Shown piece after piece: positions 36,473-49,719 of a DNA stretch of 64,000 nucleotides. The first letter of the stretch is position 1. The number at the start of each line of letters is the position of its first letter. The notes below the pieces were generated by a model. The model worked only from the letters and a program-made list of their open reading frames with translations, did no database searches and was not told where the DNA came from. The position numbers and the translations under genes were made by a program. This stretch comes from Raillietiella orientalis (Eukaryota), in contig JAYWIR010000028.1 of the NCBI GenBank assembly GCA_036172245.1, forward strand, positions 372,001 through 436,000, written 5' to 3'.

Positions 36473-39400
36473 TGTTTGGCAAGATTTGCCAATGGAATTT
36501 GAAAATATGAATAGCGAAAATTTTTTACAGAATTTTTTATGTTTGTCTTGTACAATCTGTGATTGATTTCAATTCATTATCATGAGTCAGATAGGTGTAT
36601 TCAATAAATCAACATTCTAAGGGTCTTTGCTTGCTGGAATGATAATTCAAGTATTTCTTCCATGTTTTCCTTTTAAAGTTAACTTGAACAAGAACTGAAG
36701 TCTGCCCAAGCAGATAGTTAACTCAAAAGTGAAATTTGATTTGCAGTTCTGATTACCCTGTAACTAGAAATTTTATTGGATTGCAACAGTGTTGTTGTTC
36801 TAGAAAAACTGACGATAGAGGATCTTAATTGAAATGAGTTTTTCCTGACATTTAAAGCTGCACTGACTTTCCCTGTGTCATTGTTTTGCACCATGCACCA
36901 TTCACCATATGTGATTGGATAATCTACTGATACCACCAAGTTCATTACTACAGTCTTTCATACCACAGTGCTGCTTACTTTTCATTGGTGTGCACTTGAA
37001 CATGACATTGCATTGCTTAGTCACTTTTGGAACATCTCCACATTGTTTGGTTTCCAATTTTCCTTGTTCGGCATCCAGCATGAAAGCAAAATTCTCGTCC
37101 TTTTATTCCAAAATTGAGATTTCACATGTGTGGGCACTTGCAGGTTTTACAGTTTTCAAGTGTTCACAGCTTGTGCACAACTTCAAACTTTCAAGAATAC
37201 AACCTACTTGGAAGAAGAAGAAAAAGTGAACGCAAAGAAGTCTTTCCCAGCAACCCGAGGACCACAAAAAGGAATGGTCCAACGACGCCATTTGTTGTGC
37301 ATCGGCAGTTGCAACAACGCCGCCCTCATTGCAACTCCTTCATTGTTGGGTTGCATGCAGCTCCTCAGATGAAGTTGCCGTGGAGACGGGGATTCGGGGT
37401 CTTCCTTTTCCCGTATGCCCCGAGGCGATCGTCGGCATGTAACTGGGACGAAGGGAAAGGCATGGAGAGATCGGGACAGGAAGAAAATAGAAAAGTGGTT
37501 TGGCTGCCCTTCGCATCAACGCAAAGTTGACGCCAAGGATTCAGCTGCACTCGACGGATTCAGGTCCACATCCTCGTTTGGCAAACCATAAGCCGTGGTG
37601 GTCTTTGGTTCGTTGTCGTCCATCCCCAAACACATTATGAACGAGTGGATTCTTTCTTGGTTTTTCCCGGTGCTTTCCGAACTTTGAGTCGATAAGGAAA
37701 TCCATCCGATCTTACGTGGGCCAGCAGTGGTTTTTAGGGAAAGCCTAAAGTTCTCTTCCGGTTTAGATGGCCTCGAACCAAGCCGCCATTTCGTGACCTG
37801 GCCTAGTCGTTTTTCTGTTAGATTCCATGACGGATGCCAATCCATATATATATATATGTCTCTGCTTTGCCGCATAGGTTACTTGAACTCAAGGTATATT
37901 TGAAATCACAGTGGCTTTACTTGTTGATGGAAAAGATGTCCCTCGACCCGTGTGGGAGATGTTGTACGTTGGTTGTGTACGCTTGGAGAAAAGCACAAAC
38001 ACGTACGTGTATGCTCTCGTGTGTCTGTGTCTCTTGTCTTCAGAGTACACGATGGAAGTGGCGTCCTCGTCATCCTGGTTCCTCGTGTCCTTTCACGGGA
38101 TACGACATGCTTACAGATAAATTCAGCAGCATCAATCCTGCGCTGTCAACAAACACCTCGGGTTCAAAACGGGTTTTCCAGTTGCCTCACCTCAGAAATC
38201 AGGCGCACACATCAGCATCCGTTAAAATCATGAAAACTTCATTCCGTGGATGACCGAAAGGTCATTTTGCTGTGCGCTGCAAAAACTCCATGATGGGGAA
38301 TGTTGTACACGGTGTTGTGATAAAGACACGTTTTTGTGATAACCGACCTCAGTCCGAGGAAAAAGCATTCCTCGTGCAGTGAATTTACACGCATTAAACT
38401 GACGCTCTCAATGTTCATTCCTATGCCAACGTGGGATGATGATTTGTATCATAGAACGATTTCCCCCTTTGTCTCCAACATTTCACCGGAACTGCAGGTA
38501 AAAGGTTCACCCCAGGTGAAGCCAAAAAGGCTCGCCAGTGACCGTTGCTTTACTGTGCGGCCGCTGAGTGGATAGGGGGGGGGGGGGAGGGGGGAAATCA
38601 CGCTGAATTCACACTGATCATCAAATAACGCCACCATCATCAAATGGTTGCTGATTTTGCCAAGTATCAGTTTCCGGAATCTCAGAGTCATGCCAGCTCC
38701 TGGTCATGCCAGGAATGGCTTGTACACTTGAAGGCGGAATGTACAACATCGAGGATTCCGAGCGAGGGTTGCGTGCACCGCTGCTGCTTTCGGAAGTGCC
38801 TGCGTGCAAAGGTCACACTGACGCAGGTCAACCGGATTGGGCAAAGTGGACGAACGCGGACCGATGCAAAATGGGGAAAGTGGCTGTTGGGGGGGACTCA
38901 GGTTCAGAACAACCTGGCAAAAGCTCGTGAGAGTGACTGGAACCGGGAAAAGAAATAAAAGGCTGAATCAGAATTGTGTCAGCAGTGACGGGAAAAAAGT
39001 CGAAGCCCAGGAAGGGATCGATATAGCGGTTTTACCGATGTTGAAAATTTGCAAAGTTATCCTTCATTTAGAAGAAACGATTCGCATTGAATCGGCGTAT
39101 TCTACAGAGATCGAAGGATTTTTTTTTCGTAACCAAAATGGCTTTTTTTCTTTTGTTCTTAGCACTGATGATAAATTTTCGTTTCACGGAAACATGATGA
39201 CGCATTGTAGATGGTACATATGTGACACCTTAAATATGGATCCATGAGACGGATATTATATGTATGCCTTTTTCTTAGAATTCGGAATTTCTGTGATGCT
39301 TTTTTCACTGAACATTCAGGTTATCATAAATTCTGCGTTGCATCGAAATTTCCCCTTTGGCACAAACGCATCACTGTAGCATGCTCTTGGATTTTGTACG

Positions 39401-41889
39401 AAATTGGAAGGAACTGTACGATTCATCATTACTGATTAACTGTTAGATTGTTCATTCCGCGTTCACAGGTCGTCCACTTATTTAAATGAATGCAATGAAT
39501 TCGTCTTCCAGCACTTTTTTCTGGAGAATTTTTCATTTCAGGACATCGTCTTCTATTGCGGAAAATGGTTGTTCCTGTATTTCCGCATCCTCTGCAACGT
39601 GGTGGCATGAAGACGAAAGGAATGAAAAGTCGTAATGATGGCGAGTGAGATCACAGTACAGAAAATGAGCTCAAAGTAAGCAGAGGGAAAAGTCATCGTT
39701 GATTCGTTCGAAGTTAAGGGGGGTGAGGACGGATTTCGAAAATTCTTCTGGATCGAGGCAAAACGGAAGATTCTGCAGTTCAGGAAACGTGGGAAGAGCA
39801 GAGTGAGCCGCTCAGTGATTTCCAGTTGCTGCAAGCAGAAATGTCGTTCCGAGTTGCATCCAATGACTGTAAAAATCGCGCTCTGGAATAAGATTAGGAA
39901 AACAGCTGTTCCTCTACTTTACTCAGTGCTTCAACGGCGTGGAAGCCATCCCTGGGAAGCTGGTTCTGTCGATGCTGTCCTTCTGTCTTTCTGTGTCTTC
40001 TCCGTGGTCGAACACCCGTTCTCCACGATGCTGTAGGTCTTAGCGCGATGCCCCTGATGTGGAGAAGGGGCCGGCCGTCGGCAAGAGAGCCCTTTCCACA
40101 CCACTGGGAATCCCGTACGATTCCGAGGCGTCTAACTTTTTGTACACCGTGTACGTGCAAGCCATCGAGGGCTCTAGTTATGCTCTTGCGTTTTGCGCGT
40201 TTCAAGAAAATTTCTCTTTCCAAAAGCCAATGTTCACAGTCCATAGTGCAAGCAAGAGGCCATCTTTGTATTCTTTACGCTGGAGGTATGAGCGAAAACC
40301 TCCTCTACATTTCTAAAAATGCAGAGAGGCACTTTGCTCTTACTTCTCCCCTACAGCAAATTAGCTGGAGGCTGTCATGGAGATCTGAACAAGCACTAAA
40401 GAATGTGAGATCAGACAAGAAATGATCCCTTTTCCATAATTCAACTCCTACGTAAAAGTGCAGCAAAGTTAAAGGGAAGAATAGACAAAAAAAGGAAACA
40501 ATTAGATGATTAGTGTGCATATCTGTAGAGTGTTTTTTGGTGTTCTAGCTCTCACATAATCAGAATTCTTGATAGTGACTGGTGCCATTAATAAATATAT
40601 GTCCCAGCAATGAGATTAAAATCCAAAGGCAGGCAGCATGTCATAGTTGGCTTGCATTTTGCTCTGGACCACAACTGATATCAAACTATGGTTCATGAGT
40701 TCGTATATTAAGTCGATTCCTCTCTGACTTCTTTTGCACAAAGCAAGAATTCAACAAGAGCAATGTGCATTTCTGTGAGCAGTGGTCACTATGGAGAAGG
40801 GGGACAAACGAATTTGAGAGAGTGAAAGAAAGTGGAAATGAGTGTAGAAGTGCTCCTGAGATGTGGCTGGAATATTATGCTTCCCGCAGAATGGCATTTA
40901 TCTCCGACGCAAAATCATACTATTCTGCCTTGCCTAATGGTGGCATTTTTCCATCTTGATCTTTCAAGGATGAAATTCCTCTACTACTTTTCCCACACCA
41001 GATCGACGCATCTTCCTGATGATAGCTGTGGACCGACCTATTTATAAGGAAACTTCAAGCCTTCCAAAAGACAAAGAAGTTGCAGAAAATAACTCGTCTT
41101 CGGCCAACTTGATGTATGCAGTGGGTTAAAGATTAGGTGGCAATTGGCGACGGCACTCCTTGCAGTCACCTCAGCATGTTGGTGTTCCCTATGCTAATAA
41201 CGAATGGCAAATAAGGGTTCATCAAATCATCATCGTGATGTTGCTTACTTGCCCATTTTCACCTCCTTGTGTCGGATGATTTCCTGAGAATATCACCTCT
41301 GTCTTCTTTAGTAGTGATACTTAGCGGCTAACGTTGCTTAAGCGTTGCCGACTATCGGGAAGGGATGGATTTTCATAAAATTAAGATGGACAAACGCTTA
41401 CGGTCAGTGGAAGCGATCATCGGTTAAGGAAGAGCAGCTGCTCCTCATTTCATTCCAACCTTGAAAGGGATGTTTAAGGACATGAATTTGTATGAACACG
41501 GGATCTCGATTATTTTAGGAAGACAATGAGTCCAGTTTGTGATTTCAAACATAACGAATCTAAAATCATCGGAACAGAATGTTCTACGTCTAGATTGACC
41601 TGAATTCTATCTTGGACTTGATTCTGTGCCTATTCCTGCTTTCTGTCACTTAAGGATGGAATCACTTTACCTTTCTATGCATGAGACGTATCCTGAGACC
41701 TGATTCTTTCTCTGCTTCCCTTCCATCTTTTTGGTCTTCATTTCTTTGGTTCGCTAGCACTCAAGAACCGTCCGCCTCCTAGGGGCATCGAAGAGACCCG
41801 ACGATGCCGCCACATTCGTGACTCGCAAGGCTCTATGAACATTGTCAACGCCACCTGAAGATGCGTGTAACTGATTAATTGGCAGCCCA

Positions 41890-42345
41890 GAAGGGACCTC
41901 CAGAAAGGCTCCAGGGTGGAGTCCGTTCCTTTTACTCTTGGGTGTAAACCCCGAAGGAAACTCTCACCCTGCTTGTCTCCGAAGGAAACTTATTATCCCC
42001 GAAGGAATTCCCCAAAGGGGGTCGCTCTTCATATCTTCTCCGAATTGAATCCAGAAAGGTTACTGCTCCTCAATTACTCCCCCGAAGAGATGCTTCCGGT
42101 TTTCTCTCTGAAGGGCTTCCGCGAAGGGCGTTTTAACACACTGGGGAGGAACCCTCGGAGGAGGGTAGCCAACTCATAAATGGAGGGTCCCTTCAAGAAA
42201 GGGGGCCAGCTCCATCTTCGCAACCGGAGAGGAACCTTAAGGGGAAACGGCTCCCTGACTTCAGGAAGGACATCCGAGGATCAACTTTCAATCCTGGCCA
42301 GTCAAGGGGGCATCCGGTTTCCAGATTCCACCAATGCGCGCCGTC
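41890..42345 (-). repeat. Repeat family X copy, inverted, fused to a LINE 3' end
   Basis: Reverse complement aaaccggatgcccc..ggccagga..gtccttcc aligns with 19915-19985. Confidence 0.7.
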
Positions 42346-43512
42346 CACGCAGCCTCATCCTCTGAAGGCTGCACCTTTGGCAGATGGCCACGCAGACCAG
42401 GAAAAAACGGATGGATCTCGTACCGCCCCGCGAGCGGCAGTGCCTGGTTGCAGGAAACCGTTCGTACGTGGGAGAGGATCCAGGAGCCAAGCGCAGAACA
42501 GGTGAAAGGGTTTCTGTAGGCTCGCAATAACTGCAAGCTCCGGGAGATCCTGGAAGTTCCCACGAAGAATGTGTGGACAGACAGAAACTCCCTCACCGCC
42601 GCACTGCCCATTCATAGGGAACACATGGACAGCAGCCTTACGGCTAGATGGGGGGTTACTGTGGAAATCTCCGGATGGAGGAAAAGACTGGGCGAGTGGA
42701 TGACGGGCCAGCCCACCGACTCTACAGCACCGATTGCTCGACCTCGTGAACTTTTGTGCTGGAGCGTCCTACTGGGTATTCCAGAGGGAGAACTGCAATG
42801 GTCCCCGGCGCTCATTAACACTCGCACCCTCTTCTTGAACTGGAAGAAGTCGGCGTTCATGCTGCTGCATTGACGCTTTGCGTACAGCTCCCGCTGGCAT
42901 CATTGGACACGGAAGAAGGAGTGGACCCAAATTGTGCAAGGTTTGGGGAGTGCGAATCCCTCCCGTATCTCCTAGTGGACGGCTCTGGCCTCCGGCCCCT
43001 TTGGGGACGCTTTGCCGCGACCCTTGGAACCCCCCAGCGGCAACCAAGAGACGTCATACTACTCCTCTTTGTGCAGGACACCCTGAAACCATTGCAGCAC
43101 TTTACTGCCTTCATGGGATCGTGGCAGCATGGAGCGAAGCCAACGGAGGAGCCAACGACAGGGACGTCATCCACTTCTCTCTTCGCCATCTACAGATAGC
43201 TGTCAGATGGCCACATCTGGACATTTATATAAAGCAAAACCCTGCCGACATCCTTCAAGGGATGCAGAGGACCACTCCTAGCAGGCTGTGATTCTTTCCC
43301 GAAATGTCCCAAAATGGTTTTATTTTTTTGTTTATTTTCTTCTTGTTTGACCTTTCCCTTCTGCTGTCGTGGTGGTCCTCACCGGTCTGCGAACCGGTGA
43401 AACGGCAGGATACATAAGAAAAGGACATGGTTGGACCAAGGTCTATCAACACAAACTGTAAATGTTTATTTTATTCTGCAATAAACGCTTTGGAGAATCC
43501 GGGTGAAAAACC
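42345..43512 (+). mobile_element. 5'-truncated family-B LINE 3' end
   Basis: KNGWISYRPASGSAWLQETVRTWERI, LQWSPAL, CARFGECESLPYLLVD. End aataaacgc-tttgg-agaat-ccggg-tgaaaaac. Confidence 0.88.
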
Positions 43513-43719
43513 CATGCCGCACTCGAAGCCCGTAGGCCAACCAGCGTTCCTGTGGGGAAGTACAAGATAAAGTCGAGAAGAGAATCGAAGGAATCACCAC
43601 AAGCATGATCATGTCACCACAATCACACCCCTGGTATTGTCCGTCGGTGCACCAAGAGTCGTTGCGTGACTCAACCACAGGGGCTGGGAGGGCAACGCAG
43701 TCTACAAGCAGGCAATGAG

Positions 43720-44442
43720 GTGTCATGGGGTGCGACCCTTTGAGAGACCTCACTGCCAAGATGCCGGTTCTGATGCTCCAGATGCGTTCTGGAGGTTGGA
43801 CCTCACGGCGATGTCTGTGGAACGGTCGCAGGAGCCTCTCTACGGGATGCGATTGGTCTCGGGACGTTTACTTCCTAATCCTTCTCAGGTATGGGAAGAA
43901 AAGAGAGTCCCTCCCTCACCTGCTCACGGATTGTGTTGCCCTCTGCCCCCCTGTGGAAGCGCTTTGCCACGCTCCTGCGCAATCCCTAGGGCAACCCCAG
44001 AGATGTTTCGAAGCGCCTCTTCCTGAAAGAAGCCCTCTCGCCGACCGCACCCTAGCAACACTGTGGGATCGTGGCTGCATGGAGCAACACCAGAGGAGGC
44101 CAGGACGACAGGGACGCCATCTTTTTTGCCGTCCTCTCCATGAGGATAGCGCCAGAATGGCCCCACCTGGGAACCATAAAACAGGAACTTGCCGGCATCC
44201 TGCAAAGGATGCAGAGGACGCCCTCCAGCATCCGGTGATCCCTCCCCGAACCCCCCTAGTTTTTTTGTACGTATTTTTTTTGTTTCCCCTTCCCCTCCGC
44301 TGCCGAGGCGAACCTCGCCGGCCTGCGTGTCGGTTACTTGGCGGGTTCTGAACATTTTCGGACGATGTAGGGACAATGACCCTACACATGTATGCTGATT
44401 ATTCTTTATAATAAATACCCCGGCGTGACCGAGTGTTAAACC
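43720..44442 (+). mobile_element. 5'-truncated family-B LINE 3' end, preceded by a short inverted ORF2 piece (~43620-43720)
   Basis: RYGKKRESLPHLLTDCVAL, with 3'UTR colinear to 15760-16080. End aataaatac-cccgg-cgtga-ccgag-tgttaaac. Confidence 0.88.
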
Positions 44443-44614
44443 TTATTGCACTCGAGGTTTGTCGGAGTTCCAAGATGCAGGCGGGCAGATTTGAGAAGGT
44501 AATGAAAAAGACTGGAAATAATGGGAAATAAAATCTTATGGTTTTATAGTTTTGAATTTATACATTAGAATTAATAGCAAATGTATTTTATAATAATTAA
44601 AAATAAAATGAAAT

Positions 44615-44743
44615 GATCGCCGGTCTGCACGCCGGTTTTCGGCAGGTTCTTCTTATATTTGTCACGTGTCAGGACCATTTGCCGCTAACCTGCATGTTTA
44701 TTTTTTATATAAATAAACGTCCCGGAGCAACCGTGTGTCAACC
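44615..44743 (+). mobile_element. ~130-bp family-B LINE 3'UTR/terminus fragment
   Basis: tcgccggtctgcacgccggttttcggcaggttc...aataaacgt-cccgg-agcaa-ccgtg-tgtcaacc, colinear with 15945-16080. Confidence 0.85.
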
Positions 44744-44779
44744 TAATCTCTCTCTCCCGTTTCCCCGATCGGACAGGTC

Positions 44780-45100
44780 GGGGGGGACAGGCACCTCGGG
44801 CGTCCAGGAACCCAAAGGCGAGGAAGAACGAGAGTGATGCCGGAGAAGCATGTTTGCAGGTTCCTTTACAGGAAACGAGTGCAAGCTGCACTTTATCTTC
44901 AGGGGAGAACAGCGCATTGCTGCCATGAGGTCGTCTCCATGGAGAACACCCCCCTCGGGACCCTCTAAGCGGGTTCCACTGACTCTCCTTTAGTAAAAGG
45001 AGACTCCCGAGACACACCGCGTTGAAATGTGTAAAGGAAGAACAGATGCAGAATAAGGAAGGAATGTACGCGAAGGATCTGGGATTTGGTCCTAGGTCCT
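44780..45100 (-). mobile_element. Degenerate LINE ORF2 fragment (region just before RT)
   Basis: ESPFTKGE..A*RVPRGCSP..GDDLMAA resembles the conserved pfT.eEv..Al....gkSPG.DGl motif. Confidence 0.4.
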
Positions 45101-48100
45101 TCGTCTCCGTTCGTGAGCAAAGATGAAATGTCTCCTCTCTATCTCCACAGCTTCCTCCGCGGTGGCAGGAGCAGCAGCACGAGTGAAGGCTCACAAAGTC
45201 TGGTTTGGTCAAATGGGATGCCCTGCTACGTTTTCCGGACATTCGGTTTCACCGCCACGCATGAAGGGGAACAGCTGGGCACCGCTGACGGTTCGACACC
45301 ATCCCTGCCTGGACAGCGGCAGCTCCTCTCACTCGCACGCAACTCACGCCCCTGCCCTCGTCTAAGCTCTTTCTCCGCCAGGAGTCGTTCTCTTCGAGCG
45401 CTCCATTTTAAGACATCCCCAGAGCCGGGACCGAACTTGCAGGCTTTTGGTCATGTTTGACCCGGGATGTCATCAGAATTTGAGTCTCGTCACCTTCGGG
45501 GGTGGAGTTTTTCGTCGAACATTTCTCTGCTACTGCAAAAAAACCAAAAAAAAACAACAACAACAGACGCTCACAGGACACAGACAAAGAATCCCCTTCT
45601 TGACAGAACAGCGAGCAAACAGGAAGAAACAGATTCGAGAGAGATTCGAGCGTTCTTTGCGAGTTCCGACGGAAAACGTAGATCTTCTGGGGAAACGATC
45701 CGCTGCTGCTTTGCCATCTCCGGCAGAACACCTGAAACTTTCGGACTACAGACAAGAGTCGGAGGTTTTCTCGGAGGAGGTATCCGAAGGTCCTAAGGAA
45801 TCGTTCCCACGAACTCTCTCCGGGACATGGAAACGCTTCCTGCAACGCTTCTTTCCGAAGCTGACCCGCATGACGACTTGCGCTTCCGCCATGCCGCAGG
45901 TTAGGTTCTCAGAGGTGGTGGTGCCAGCTCACGCCTGGGGTATCTCATTTTGCGCCGCTGGTTGTGTTTTCATTTTCCTTGGAATGGGTCCATTTTCGTA
46001 GAAGAGCAAAAGTGGAGTCTCTCTTAACATCCACATTTTTTTCCTTCTCTGTGTTTTCCTTGTTCCTGCTAATCCTGAAAGCATTCCCTTTTGGTTTTTG
46101 CTCGTCATCCATTTTCATGGTTCCCATGCTTCCGTATCATTCTCTCTCCTTCCGTTTATCCGAGCAGAGCATGGAGAGCGTGCCGCATAGACGCGAGCTG
46201 CAGCTCCGCAGTCGCCTGCCATTTGCAGAAGCTGTGTGTCCGTCCATCTTCGTACGCATCCCAAAATGGAAAACACAAACCCCGTTTTCGTGTCCTCACG
46301 GAGATGGTGGGAAGTGATCGGCGAAAGGAAGAGCCGAGAGGTTACCGGGCACCCATTCGTTCGAGTCGGCGCCACCGCCGCAAATGCCCGCTTCCAGAAC
46401 GGATGAGTTGTCAACATGGTGGTGCAGCACTATCGGAGTCACATCGCACGGCGCGCCATTGCGGATGCTACTGGCGGCCAGGTCTCCTCACTTCTGAACG
46501 AATGCCACGCCGCCTTGTGGAAGCGCCAGGTCAGAAAGTCGCGCAAAGGTCAGGAGTCCGGGATTATTCAAAACAAGCCCGCTCTTACCCACCCAACTTT
46601 TTTTTCCTTCCCTCCATCTCTGTTTCTCCTCTGATTTTCATCTTGAGAAATCAGGAAGATAATCTGAGACCTCTTATCTCCCGCCAAGGATGCTTCAGGA
46701 GCACGCATGCTTTCTCTTCTAGATGTGAGTCGCTTGGCTCTCCTTTCCATGGAAGGAGCCAAAGGTTGTGGGGCTTTGAGGCAGTGGCTGGAGCCTCAGG
46801 CCAGTGCACTTCATCTCCTATATGTCTCGTCTGTCACGAGTCATCCACGTTACGAGGAACCTTGGTCCTCCTTCCCCTCCCCTCCCCTCTTTCTTCTTCC
46901 ACGCACATGTCCGGACAGCCATGATCAACTTTTCCCATTCATTCATTTGCATTCTCCATCGGCTTCAGCGGCAGCCTCGAAAAAGTCTCAACTTCGATTT
47001 CCTCTCGAAACACGCTGGTGGTATTTCGAAAACACGTAGGAGGGAGGGAATTTCGATACAGAAAATGCTTCTCATCGGATACGCAAAGGCGAAATCGCGT
47101 GCACTATTCAAGACTCCCTGCGATGAAGAGATGCTTCGAGGCTTAGGTTTGCAGATCGAAATAAAAGAAAACGAAAGAGAGGCAGAGAGAGAAAGAGATT
47201 GCCCTTTCTCTGGCACACAAGACGAAAATCGGCTCGTGCTCCTGCCTGCGAGCAACTCGCCAAAAGGAGCTTTAAGATTTCCGAAAGGGAGGAGGACGGC
47301 AACTCTCGCATCTGCCGCCAAAAGCCCCTCCCCTGTCCGAAAGTCATCCCAAATGCGTGGGAGAACTAAAGCCCATTCAAGGCCGTTGCGTTTCCCTTTT
47401 TTCCGTCTCTTGGAAACGACAAAAAGAAAAGCGAAACAGCGTGGATCCTTCGACTCATTTGGCCCTCACAGATTCTTTCCACATCCGGGGGAAACACGCT
47501 CTCTCTCGTGCGAGATCTGCCCACGAAGTGGTTGGACCTCCCTTGTGTACTTCCATTTATCCAGCCGTCCACACTCTCTTGAAAGATAGGCGATGGGCTG
47601 TCTGTCATGGCACGAACGAAAGGATGATTCATTACTTTTCCGAAGAATTTGTTCTCTCAGCTTCTCGATGAACATGCAGTTCTTGGCACCCTTGGCAGCG
47701 GACCTCCACTGAGGGCAAGTCGCTTCTGTTCTCGTTTCCGTTCATATTCCTTGCAGAGCCGCTGCCTGCAATCTTCTGGCTCACTTTTTTTCAAAGCTGC
47801 AAGGGCTGCATAAGCGCACCTCGATGTGCTCCAGCTTCCGTCTGAGATCTGACTGTGCCTGGGGGAAATTGGACTCCATGCGTCTGCCATGCAGAAGAGC
47901 TACATGCCATCAACAGGGGGAGAAACTTTTTGCTTCTCTGGAATGCAACGAGAGATCTTTCTTCTTGTCGGCCTCTGTCACGGACCGTCTTTCCGCCGTT
48001 CCCCTTTAGAACTTTATTGAAAAATCTCTCAAGTCTCTTTCCGACATCCAAGGATTTCCCCAGCGGACTTCTCAAGGTCTAGCAGTGTCCTACTAAAAAA

Positions 48101-48438
48101 AAAAAAAAAAAGGACATCTTTCAACGGATTTTTCCATAACCGAAAAGAGATGAGCTTTCCTAGATGAGGGCGGGTACCTGACCGTCCTTTTTTTGACGTG
48201 TATGGCTCTTGCGCCGCTCTACTGAGAGATCTGGGTTCGCGCGTGATGGCGCTTCACCCTGGTCGGAGCCTACAAACCCGTCCTCCTGGAGCCGCCTTCT
48301 TCGAATGGCTATGCAAAGCCTCCCAGCGTGATGCAATCTTCACGGCGCCACTTCGCTCGAACTTGTTCCGGGAATTTGTGATATCCACTCTCAGATGTCG
48401 GAAGGGACGCAACATCCCCAGACTCCAAAGGTCTTGGA

Positions 48439-49250
48439 GTCTTGCACCAGGATTTTCCAGGGCATTTATTCAAAGATAAAAGTACATGGAAATGTTCCTG
48501 TGGCGAACCGCTTGGTTCACCACATCATGGCAGCTTGTCGGCCACCGGTCGGGAGACCAGAGAGATCCGCTTCCACAGCGAATGAGAAGGGAAAAGAAAC
48601 AAAAAGTACAACAGGGGTAGGGGCGATCTTCTGGGGGAATGGAGGGCAGAGTAAGGATCATTTTTCGCTGGGAGACGTGAGACGGTTCCAAAGGTTGAGT
48701 ACCCGGAATGAAAATTTCATTCCGAGGGTCAGTGACGTCAAGTCGACTAGATGGAGGAGCCGACTACCCAGATCAAGTTGGCTCGAGTTGCTTCGGGAGT
48801 AGAATCACTCTCTGGCGCCAGCGTTCTGGATGAGAAAAGATCAAACCAGGCGAGGCACTTCACCTGTCAAGAAACTGTTTGTTATTGAAGATTTTTACAA
48901 TCAGAGTTTCACCTTTTGAAAGTATGGTCGTGACCAGAAAACCTCTAGGGACGCCATCTATCCTCTCGTTTAGGTTCTGTCCAAGACTTATGAGGGGTCA
49001 TCTCGGCCATCTCATCCTCCCATTTTCGACTCCCAAGGACTCGAAAGGATACAGAAACCCTCACAGGGTCGACTCCTTTCGCATTTTTCTCGGTCTTGAG
49101 GGTTTCTGTGGGAACTGCCGACTTGAAGAATTTCCAAGTCCACTGTTGTGGCCCATAGTTGGAACTCTTACCGCTACAAACAGATCTGGAAGACGCCTAG
49201 CAGTCGACTTTCTTGAGCGTCGTCAAGAGCCACGGCTAGTGGGACGGCCT
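48439..49250 (-). mobile_element. Diverged Tx1-like LINE 3' end
   Basis: Minus strand ...MKFSFRVLNLWNRLT..*, T-rich UTR and end aataaatgc-cctgg-aaaat-cctgg-tgcaagac. Confidence 0.65.
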
Positions 49251-49299
49251 CTCCTTGCGTTGACTGTTGCGTGCACCGAGAAGTATGAGGAGCTGCAAG

Positions 49300-49500
49300 A
49301 GGGCCGCTCTTTTCGGAAACTCCCCTCCGGGGTCCCTTCGGAGAGGATAAGGAAGGAGATTTCCTTCAAGCTTCCCTTCGGAAACAACCAGGGCGGAGGT
49401 TCCCTTGAGGGAACCTCCTCAGGCGTGAAAGGAACGGACTCTGAACGCTTCCTGGATTCATAGGACGGTCCCCTCCCAGGGTATGCACTATCTTGAAGAA
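49300..49500 (+). repeat. Repeat family X (3' part), followed by a short ORF2-like piece (SLKELCEPP, ~49520-49620)
   Basis: Near-colinear with 20280-20465. Confidence 0.8.
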
Positions 49501-49719
49501 TTCCACGCATTCTCAAGTGGAGTGGGACAGCCTTAAGGAGCTGTGTGAGCCGCCAGGCGCACGACGGCTCTCGAGGTGCTTAGCGATCTCGATGTTTCGA
49601 CCTCGCCGTGTTGAAGGGATAGCCAGTGTCGCCCATAGCCTGGAACGCTCTCAAGAGGCATCCGGGCTGGCCATCGTCATGAGGACCATGTCTCGCTGCA
49701 TCCCAAAAAGAGGAAAACT

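Noticed and set aside
36650..37210. Cys-rich coding-like stretch on the minus strand
   Set aside because: Multiple stops and no identifiable family.
43620..43720. Inverted ORF2 piece as a twin-priming product
   Set aside because: It is clearly diverged from the same segment in the adjacent sense copy, so separate insertions are more likely.
44490..44612. AT-rich segment resembling a mitochondrial nad6 NUMT
   Set aside because: Needs a frameshift and a stop to fit; the similarity is too weak to call without a search.
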